From positions 2,974 to 66,973 of the forward strand of contig JBDNFB010000227.1 of the NCBI GenBank assembly GCA_041690055.1: 64,000 bases of DNA, in the 5' to 3' direction. Below the pieces are notes generated by a model. The model had not been told where the DNA came from, searched no databases, and worked only from the letters and a program-made list of their open reading frames with translations. The DNA is from Myxococcota bacterium. GTDB lineage: Bacteria > Myxococcota_A > UBA9160 > UBA4427. The stretch's first letter is position 1, and the number at the start of each line of letters is the position of its first letter. Of this stretch, positions 56,780 to 64,000 are shown piece after piece. Made by a program: the position numbers and the translations under genes.

Positions 56780-59080
56780 ATGGTCGCCGAAACGCATCCC
56801 TCTATTTGTCGATTTTGTCACGCCAATTGCGGAATCCTCGTGGACGTCGAGGACGGTCGACCCGTTCGCGTTCAGGGCGATCCGGAGAACCCCGCGTATT
56901 TCGGGTTCACCTGCGCGAAGGGCCGCCGCCTCCCGGAACAGCATGCGCACGCGGATCGACTTCTTCACTCGCAGAAGCGCGGACCGGGTGGCGGCTATTC
57001 AACGATCGCAAGTGAGACGGCGATGGACGAAATTGCTGCGCGGATTCGCGAGATCGTGGACGAGCACGGACCACGCTCTGTCGCGCTCTATCCCGGTACC
57101 TACTCGGGTCCGCATCCCGCTTCGATTCCGGCGGGCGTGGGCTGGATGCTTGGGCTCGGCTCGAAGATGGTCTTCACCTCAGCGTCGATCGATCAGCCCG
57201 GAAAACATGTCGCCAATGCGATTCATGGTCGCTGGCTCGGCGGCTCCGACACGTTTGACGAATCGGATGTGTGGATGCTCGTGGGAAATAATCCGCTGAT
57301 CTCGATGTCGGGTGGAATTCCGCCGTCGAATCCGAGCAAGCGACTGCGCGACGCGAAGAAACGCGGTCTCAAGCTGATCGTGATCGATCCACGCAAGACC
57401 GAAGTCGCACGGTTTGCGGATGTCTATTTGCAGCCGCGAGCGGGCGAAGATCCGACGATTCTCGCGTCGATGCTCCACGTCGTGATTCGCGAAGGGCTCT
57501 ATGACAGCGCATTCGCGCTGGCGGAAGCCGAAGGATTCGACGCACTTTCTGACCACGTGGCGATGTTCCCGCCCGAATACGCCGCGGAGCGGGCCGGTGT
57601 CACTGTCGCCGAGATTGAGCTCGCCGCGCGCACCTTTGCCGGACAAGAGGCCGGACAAAAGGCCAGAAAAGTGGCCGGGCAAGCCCTCGCGGGTGGGGAG
57701 CACGCGCAGGGTGGAACGCGGATGGACGCGCGGGGCGCGAGCCGGGTTCGGGGATGCGCGATCGCAGGCACCGGACCTAACATGTCGCCTCATGGAAACT
57801 TGACCGAGTATCTGCTGCTTGCTCTGAATACGATCTGCGGACGCTGGCGCCGAGAGGGCGAGGTCGTATCGAACCCGGGGGCGCTGCTTCCGCGCGCAGT
57901 GCCCAAGGCGCAGGCTTTACCGCCGCGACCGGGCTGGGGACGTGGCGAGGCAATGCGATCGCGGGATCTCATGAACTCTGCAGCGGGTCTGCCCACGGGT
58001 GCCCTAGCGGACGAAATTCTCTACGAGGGTGAGGGACGCATTCGTGTACTCATCTGCATTGGCAGTAATCCCATCGCCGCCTGGCCCGATCAGCTGAAGA
58101 CGATTCGGGCGATGGAGAAGCTCGACCTGCTGATCACGCTCGATATGAAAATGTCGGCCACTTCAAAATTCGCCGGCTATGTCATCGCCCCCAAACTCTC
58201 CCTCGAAGTGCCGGGCCTCTCGGTCTCGAGCGAAAGCATAGAACAGACCTACGTCGGCCATGGCTACCCCGAACCCTACGCGCAGTACACGCCCGCGATC
58301 GTTACACCGCCGCCCGGCGCGGACGTGATCGAGGAGTGGGAGTTCTTCTACGGCCTCTCGAAACGAATGGGGTTCGGGCTGACCTGCTACCCGATCCGCG
58401 CAGAGACCGGAGCGCTCCGCGAGCGTCGCGAGGCCTACCCCCTCGACATGGAGAACAAACCCAGTACGGATGAAGTGCTTGAAGGCCTGATGAACGGCTC
58501 GCGGATTCCTCTCTCGGAAATTCGAACGCATCGCCACGGCCATATCTACGACGACGTCGAAATCCGCGTCGCCCCGGGTGATTCGGACTGCGCCGACCGG
58601 CTCGACGTCGGCAATATGGACATGATGCGTGAACTCGCCGAAGTCCGCGCCGCGGCTTCATCCGAAGACCGCGCCGATTCAGAGTCGAACCGTCCTTTCC
58701 GTCTAATTTCCCGCCGTATGCCGAACGTCTACAACTCAAGCGGCAGGGATATCGACAAGCTCCACCGCGGTCGCCCCTACAACCCCGCCTATCTTCATCC
58801 CGACGATCTCAGCGCCCTCGGCCTCCAGCGCGGCGACCTGATCGAGATCGCTTCCGACCACGGCTTGATTCTCGGCATCGCCGAACCCGCACCCGAAGTG
58901 CGCCCGGGCATTCTTTCGATGGCGCATTGCTTCGGCGAAGCGCCCAAGCACGATGCCGCCGTGCAGGAAATCGGAAGCAATACGGGGCGGCTCATCGACA
59001 ATACGCGCGACTTCGATCCGCATACGGGCATCCCGCGCATGAGCGCAATTCCGGTTTCGATCCAGCCGGCCGATCGCTAG
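56780..59080 (+). CDS. Molybdopterin (bis-MGD) oxidoreductase, DMSO-reductase family, probably cytoplasmic
   Basis: CRFCHANCG...CAKG 4Fe-4S motif, IVIDPR.T, C-terminal LISRR...NS...HPDD; no Tat signal. Confidence 0.9.
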   Translation: MVAETHPSICRFCHANCGILVDVEDGRPVRVQGDPENPAYFGFTCAKGRRLPEQHAHADRLLHSQKRGPGGGYSTIASETAMDEIAARIREIVDEHGPRSVALYPGTYSGPHPASIPAGVGWMLGLGSKMVFTSASIDQPGKHVANAIHGRWLGGSDTFDESDVWMLVGNNPLISMSGGIPPSNPSKRLRDAKKRGLKLIVIDPRKTEVARFADVYLQPRAGEDPTILASMLHVVIREGLYDSAFALAEAEGFDALSDHVAMFPPEYAAERAGVTVAEIELAARTFAGQEAGQKARKVAGQALAGGEHAQGGTRMDARGASRVRGCAIAGTGPNMSPHGNLTEYLLLALNTICGRWRREGEVVSNPGALLPRAVPKAQALPPRPGWGRGEAMRSRDLMNSAAGLPTGALADEILYEGEGRIRVLICIGSNPIAAWPDQLKTIRAMEKLDLLITLDMKMSATSKFAGYVIAPKLSLEVPGLSVSSESIEQTYVGHGYPEPYAQYTPAIVTPPPGADVIEEWEFFYGLSKRMGFGLTCYPIRAETGALRERREAYPLDMENKPSTDEVLEGLMNGSRIPLSEIRTHRHGHIYDDVEIRVAPGDSDCADRLDVGNMDMMRELAEVRAAASSEDRADSESNRPFRLISRRMPNVYNSSGRDIDKLHRGRPYNPAYLHPDDLSALGLQRGDLIEIASDHGLILGIAEPAPEVRPGILSMAHCFGEAPKHDAAVQEIGSNTGRLIDNTRDFDPHTGIPRMSAIPVSIQPADR

Positions 59081-59113
59081 GCCGCGGATTCCGGAGCGAA
59101 TGGCCCCGCCTAG

Positions 59114-60235
59114 TTAGGCTGCGGATTCCGCCATTAGCTTGCCGAGCCGGCGCATATGATGCGTCGAGCCGCCGAGCATAAGCTCGATATGACGCGCGTA
59201 GACGTAGTAGCGATGCACCGGGTACTCGCGGTCGACGCCCGTTCCGCCATGAATATGCTGCGCGGAAAAGGTCACGCGAAAGCCTCCCTCACTCGCGAAA
59301 TGTTTCGCGATCGCCACCTCTTCCCGCGCGTCGCGGCCCACCGAAATCATCCAAGCGACTTCGAGCGCGGAGAGCCGTACGACTTGCGTGTCGATATAAG
59401 CGTCGGCTTCGCGATGGGCGACCGATTGAAACATGGCGATGGGCTGATCGAATTGCTTGCGCGTCTTCGAGTATTCGGCCGTGAGTTCGAGCGCCGCCTC
59501 GCAGCAGCCCAGGGCGAGATTGCAAAGGGCGGCGTTTGCGCGGAGGTCTATGAACTCGATGATCTTGCGGCCTTCATGGAGTCCTCCGAGCATGGCTTCG
59601 TCTGCCACGGCGACGCCGTCGAAGGTCAATTTCGATTCGGGCATGCGGCTCGTCGTGGCGAGCGGTTCGACCGTGATGCCGGGCGCAGTGCGGTCGACGA
59701 TGAAGACGACGGGACCTTTGTCGGACATCGCTGATACCAGGATCTGATCAGCGATCTCCGCCGCGGGCACATAAGACTTCACGCCGTCCAGCCGCCAAGC
59801 GCCGGAGCTGCCCGAAGCGCGCAGAGTTGGCGCTTCGACTTCGGCTTCCGGCTCTATGATCGCGGCGGTCAGGATGCGTTTTCCGGCGGCGACCTCCGGC
59901 AGGATCGACCTCTTCTGCTCTTCGCTACCGAACTCGGCGATTGGAAGCGCGCCGAGTACGACTGTCTCGAAGAAAGGCACGGGCGCCGTTGTGCGCCCGA
60001 TATGCTCGATCACGCCTGCGATCTCGAGAAAGCCAAGACCGCCACCATCGTATTCCGCCGGCACGCCCAGTCCGATCAGCCCCGACTCGCCCAGCTTCGC
60101 CCAAAGCTCGGGATCAAAGCGGGGACCCTCCGCGCGTTCAAGCGCGAGTAAACGATCCTGCGGCGTGCCCTCTTTGAGAATCTGCCCAGCGAGATCGAAG
60201 ATGGACTGCTGTTCTTCGGAATAGGAAAAATTCAT
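59114..60235 (-). CDS. Acyl-CoA dehydrogenase, FadE27/ChsE5-like subunit
   Basis: RFDPELW, R.QFDQPI..FQ, HIHGGTGVDREYPVHRY...E..LGG. Confidence 0.85.
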   Translation of the reverse strand: MNFSYSEEQQSIFDLAGQILKEGTPQDRLLALERAEGPRFDPELWAKLGESGLIGLGVPAEYDGGGLGFLEIAGVIEHIGRTTAPVPFFETVVLGALPIAEFGSEEQKRSILPEVAAGKRILTAAIIEPEAEVEAPTLRASGSSGAWRLDGVKSYVPAAEIADQILVSAMSDKGPVVFIVDRTAPGITVEPLATTSRMPESKLTFDGVAVADEAMLGGLHEGRKIIEFIDLRANAALCNLALGCCEAALELTAEYSKTRKQFDQPIAMFQSVAHREADAYIDTQVVRLSALEVAWMISVGRDAREEVAIAKHFASEGGFRVTFSAQHIHGGTGVDREYPVHRYYVYARHIELMLGGSTHHMRRLGKLMAESAA

Positions 60236-60283
60236 GACGTTTCTTTCTACGAAAGACTACGGGAGACTAAGGAACGAAGAGGC

Positions 60284-61489
60284 TTACATGCGCGGGATGC
60301 GGGGCAGTCCGAGTCCGAAGAGCCCGATCAGGTCGCGTTGGATCTCATTCGTGCCGCCGCCGAAGGTGAGAATCAGCAGGCTTCGGTACAGTGTCTCGAC
60401 GATGCCGTGGGCGATCGCCTCATCGCTCTCGGATCGCAGATAGCCGCGCTGATCCATCACTTCCATCATCAGTCGGAAGGCTTCCAGGAAGAACTCTGTG
60501 CCGTAGACCTTGATCGTGGAAGCGTCCGCCACGTTGACGGCCATACCTTCGCTCGTCGCCCAGGCGACTTTCCAATTCATCAGGCGCAGGACGTGAATGC
60601 CGGCTTTCACTTTGGCGAGGTTGATCTGCGCCCATTCTTGATCGATCACCCGCGAACCGTCCGCGCGCTTCGTCTCCCGCGCCCATTCGACGACAGACTC
60701 GAAAGCACCTTCGATCATGCCCGGCGCGCAAAGAGAGACGCGCTCGTGATTAAGTTGGCTCGTGATCAGTTTCCAACCCTTATTAAGGCCGCCCACTAAC
60801 GCGCTCGCCGGCACACGCACATCGTCAAAGAAGACCGCGTTGATATCGTGGTCGGAGAGCAGCTCAAGCGGATCGACGCGGATGCCCGGCGTTTTCATGT
60901 CGACCAGAAACATGGAAAGGCCGCCATGCTTCGGCGCGTTCTGGTCCGTCCGCACAGCGAGCCAACAATAGTCGGCGTCGCTTGCGAGACTTGTCCAGAG
61001 CTTCTGGCCGTTGATGACGTACTCGTCGCCGCTCGATCCGCCCTTCGGATTAGAGACGAGATCGGCGCGCGTGGTCAAGGCGGCCAGATCGGTGCCGGCG
61101 CCGGGCTCGCTGTAGCCGATACAAAAATGGATCTCGCCCGCGAGGATCTTCGGCAGGAAGAACTTTTTCTGTTCTTCACTGCCGTTATGCATGAGCGTCG
61201 GGCCGACCGTGTTCACCGTCAGCATCGGCACAGGCGCGCGCGATCGCATAGATTCGTCGAAGAAGACGAACTGCTCAAGCTCACTTCGACCCTGGCCGCC
61301 GTACTCCTTCGGCCATCCGATGCCGAGCCAACCGTCCTTGCCCATTTGCCGCACTATTTCGCGGGTCCGCGGGCCAATACCATGCTCGCGCGCGAGGTCG
61401 GCGCGAATTTCCGGCGTCAGCAGCTCGTCGTAATAAGCGCGCAGCTCTTGGCGCAATGCTTCCTGGTTTTCGTCGTAGCCGATATACAT
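60284..61489 (-). CDS. Acyl-CoA dehydrogenase, FadE26/ChsE4-like subunit
   Basis: GWLGIGWPKEYGGQGRS, IGYSEPGAGTDLA, NGQKLWTS, LNHER, LILTFGGGTNEIQRD. Confidence 0.9.
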   Translation of the reverse strand: MYIGYDENQEALRQELRAYYDELLTPEIRADLAREHGIGPRTREIVRQMGKDGWLGIGWPKEYGGQGRSELEQFVFFDESMRSRAPVPMLTVNTVGPTLMHNGSEEQKKFFLPKILAGEIHFCIGYSEPGAGTDLAALTTRADLVSNPKGGSSGDEYVINGQKLWTSLASDADYCWLAVRTDQNAPKHGGLSMFLVDMKTPGIRVDPLELLSDHDINAVFFDDVRVPASALVGGLNKGWKLITSQLNHERVSLCAPGMIEGAFESVVEWARETKRADGSRVIDQEWAQINLAKVKAGIHVLRLMNWKVAWATSEGMAVNVADASTIKVYGTEFFLEAFRLMMEVMDQRGYLRSESDEAIAHGIVETLYRSLLILTFGGGTNEIQRDLIGLFGLGLPRIPRM

Positions 61490-61585
61490 AGGTTTTCTCC
61501 GAAGGAAGTCGAAGGATCCCAGAAGGGCGAACCGCCTGCCACCCAGGCCGCGTGGCTAAACGCCTCGCCTGCTCGCCCTCGCCTC

Positions 61586-62278
61586 TCAGAGGCGCACATC
61601 CGCATCGGGCAGCGGGCCGGTCAGCGACGCCCTCTGCGAAATTTCAAGCAGGTTGCCATCGGGATCACGCACCATGGCCATGCGGGCGACTTTGCCCAGC
61701 GTTCGCGGCGCGGCGGCGATCTTCGCCCCCAGCTTCTCAACGCGCTCGGTCTCCGCATCGCAGTCCCGCACCTGCACCGTCAGATAGAGCCAACCCCGCT
61801 CCGCCTGCCCGAAGTCACTCGGTGCGTCCGCCCGCTCTTCGAAAAGCAGGACCGAGTCGCCACAGCGTACCCGCGCAGACCCCTCCTCCGAAAAGCCGAG
61901 CACGTCCCTGTAATGCATCATGGTCCGTGCCAGATCGCGCACTGCGATACGGACGCCGACCTGGGTCACTCCCTCCGTACCCGGCGGCACGAAGCTCACG
62001 CGATTGCCGTCGGGGTCCGCCATTGCTTGAGGCGCCACGAGATCCTCTCGGACGATCAGCAGCTCCTCGATTCCCGAACGCGTTTCGCCAGCGAGCGATT
62101 CCCGCACGTTCACCTTGATCACCGACCCGCCTTCATCAAAGCGATGCTGATCGTGGCCCTTCATGATCGGCAAGACGTGATCGAAGACGAGCCCGGCCTC
62201 GTCGCGCCAGAAATCAACGATCGAAAGCGATGCAGAGAGAAGCCCGACATCCAGTTGGTTCTTCACGATCTCGATCAT
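61586..62278 (-). CDS. VOC/glyoxalase family protein
   Basis: Two VOC modules: DPDGNRV and RDPDGNLLEI. Confidence 0.8.
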   Translation of the reverse strand: MIEIVKNQLDVGLLSASLSIVDFWRDEAGLVFDHVLPIMKGHDQHRFDEGGSVIKVNVRESLAGETRSGIEELLIVREDLVAPQAMADPDGNRVSFVPPGTEGVTQVGVRIAVRDLARTMMHYRDVLGFSEEGSARVRCGDSVLLFEERADAPSDFGQAERGWLYLTVQVRDCDAETERVEKLGAKIAAAPRTLGKVARMAMVRDPDGNLLEISQRASLTGPLPDADVRL

Positions 62279-62508
62279 GACGGGCTCCCTTAATCCATCA
62301 ACCTGGCCGAAGCGATGGACAGACGGGGGGTTGAGCGCAATTTTGCGCGCATTCTGCAAGTCCAAGCGAACCCGCTGAATGGCCTTTCTGAGCATCGCAA
62401 ACCACGCTCTTACGCGCCGCTCGGCAACCGGGGAGAGCGCGCCTATTTTGCGCGGAACCGGTATGATGAGAGGCCCTGAAACAGAGAAAGCGCAGGAGAC
62501 ACAAGACC

Positions 62509-63375
62509 ATGGCCATGCCGAACGACATTGGAATCATCGATTGCATGATCGGATTCCCAGCGACCGATTTTTCGCAGTACGAGTTCATCCGCAAGCAGCT
62601 GAAAGACCCACAGTCGCGCGATGGCTTCGACTTCCCTGTCGAGTACATGTTCAAGAACGTGCCGAAGGAGCTCTACGGCAAAGAGAATCCCATCGACATC
62701 ACACTGCACGAAATGGACCGGCTCGGCGTCGAGCGTGGCCTCGTTGGCGTCGGCGGTGATGTCTCTGCCAAGGCACTCAAGGATCATCCCGACCGCTTCA
62801 TTCCTTCCGGCAATGTCGATCCGAATAACGGCATGGAAGGCATCCGACAGATGGTTCGGGAATACGAAGAGTTCGGCGTACGCGCATTCGGCGCCTTCCC
62901 CGCCGGCTGCAATCCCCAGGTCCCGATCAATGATCCGAAGTTCTATCCGATCTACGCGAAATGCGTCGAGCTCGGCGTACCGATCTTCGTCTGCGCCGGC
63001 GTGCCCGGCCCGCGTCTGCCGATGGCCTGTCAGCACGTGGAGTTGATCGATCAGGTGATGTTCGATTTCCCTGAACTCGTTTTCGTCACGCGCCATGGCT
63101 GTGAGCCTTGGGAGAAGCTCATGATGAAGCTGATGCTCAAATGGCCAAACCTGTACTACTCGACGTCCGCATTCGCCCCGAAGTTCTACCCGGAAGAGAT
63201 CGTAAACTACGCGAATACGCGCGGTTCAGACAAGATCATCTACGCCGGCTATTTTCCGATGGGCCTCTCGCTTGAACGCATCATGGAAGACATGCCGAAC
63301 GTGCCTTTCCGAGATCATGTCTGGCCGAAATTCCTTCGCGAGAATGCGATGAAGGTGCTGAAGCTCGACGAGTAG
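62509..63375 (+). CDS. Amidohydrolase family 2 protein
   Basis: EMDRLGV, HPDRF, YPIYAKCVELG.PI, FPEL..V.RHG, PNLY. Confidence 0.85.
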   Translation: MAMPNDIGIIDCMIGFPATDFSQYEFIRKQLKDPQSRDGFDFPVEYMFKNVPKELYGKENPIDITLHEMDRLGVERGLVGVGGDVSAKALKDHPDRFIPSGNVDPNNGMEGIRQMVREYEEFGVRAFGAFPAGCNPQVPINDPKFYPIYAKCVELGVPIFVCAGVPGPRLPMACQHVELIDQVMFDFPELVFVTRHGCEPWEKLMMKLMLKWPNLYYSTSAFAPKFYPEEIVNYANTRGSDKIIYAGYFPMGLSLERIMEDMPNVPFRDHVWPKFLRENAMKVLKLDE

Positions 63376-63513
63376 TCGAGGCAAGGCTCTTCTCTGGCTC
63401 TTCCCTGGCCAGTTCTCTGGCCCCTGCTTTAGCACCTTCTCTAGCCATTGCGTTATGCGGGAGGGGCTCGACGCCGCCTCGCTCTTCCCGCCCGTCGGCA
63501 CGCAGAAAGAATC

Positions 63514-64000
63514 ATGAGCAATCAAGAAGAAGCCGATTTCGAGTCGCTCTCGGGCGCCGTCGCGGAAGTGCGTCGCCTGATTTCCCACCTGCGAAAAACG
63601 CAGGCGGAACCGGAGATCTTGCGAGACGTCGAACGCCAGGCCCGCGAACTCGCGGATAAGCTCGCCCCCTTCGACCATCCCGGTCCATACGCACAGCGCC
63701 GCCTCGTGCTCCGTGAAGGCCTCGATCACAGTCGCGACTCGGACCTCCCCGAAGAGTATTTCCCTTACAGCCCGATCATCGGACCGCTCAACCCAATCGC
63801 TTCACCGGTTCATTTCAAGTTCGACGAGAAGACCCGCGAGATGAGGGCGTCGCATTCTTTCGATGCACCGTATAACGGACCGACGACGGCTGTCCACGGC
63901 GGCATTATCGCGCTTGTCTACGACGAGCTGCTGGGTGCACTCGGTGCGATGAGCGATATTGGCGGCTTCACTGGGACGCTCAAGGTCATATACCGATCGC
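63514..64000 (+). CDS. PaaI-family hotdog thioesterase (runs off the window end)
   Basis: Translated by hand from ATG 63514: SPIIGPLNPIA...YNGPTTAVHGGIIALVYDELLG...FTGTLKV.YR. Confidence 0.85.
   Translation, partial: MSNQEEADFESLSGAVAEVRRLISHLRKTQAEPEILRDVERQARELADKLAPFDHPGPYAQRRLVLREGLDHSRDSDLPEEYFPYSPIIGPLNPIASPVHFKFDEKTREMRASHSFDAPYNGPTTAVHGGIIALVYDELLGALGAMSDIGGFTGTLKVIYRS

Overview
GC-rich bacterial chromosomal window (roughly 60-65% GC by eye) with about 55 protein genes. I found no rRNA, tRNA, CRISPR array, integrase or transposase. Gene content (F420-type cofG/cofH, FadE26/27-like acyl-CoA dehydrogenases, a UGA-recoded redoxin) would fit a Myxococcota-like or related lineage, but that assignment is inference only. 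Housekeeping genes: ychF, rnhA, aroC, thiC, thiI, dinG, pal, sppA, nudC. Main points: (1) a ~14 kb, tightly packed minus-strand lipid cluster (enoyl reductase, FabH, FabA, FabG, FabZ, FabF/B, an ACP with an atypical NSA motif, a PlsC-like acyltransferase, a PPTase, a ~1880-aa single-chain eukaryote-like acyl-CoA carboxylase, and an LpxL-like acyltransferase) with no FabD. (2) An orphan DnaA paralog whose arginine finger is replaced by Gln and whose DnaA-box-reading helix is altered, preceded by a 590-bp structured non-coding region. (3) A TPP riboswitch whose P5 is replaced by an ~80-nt hairpin. (4) A selenoprotein redoxin (W-U-P-F-T) with a SECIS-like hairpin. (5) Recurrent tandem duplications that begin at or near stop codons, plus two frameshifted genes. 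All family assignments come from motifs read by eye; no database searches were run.
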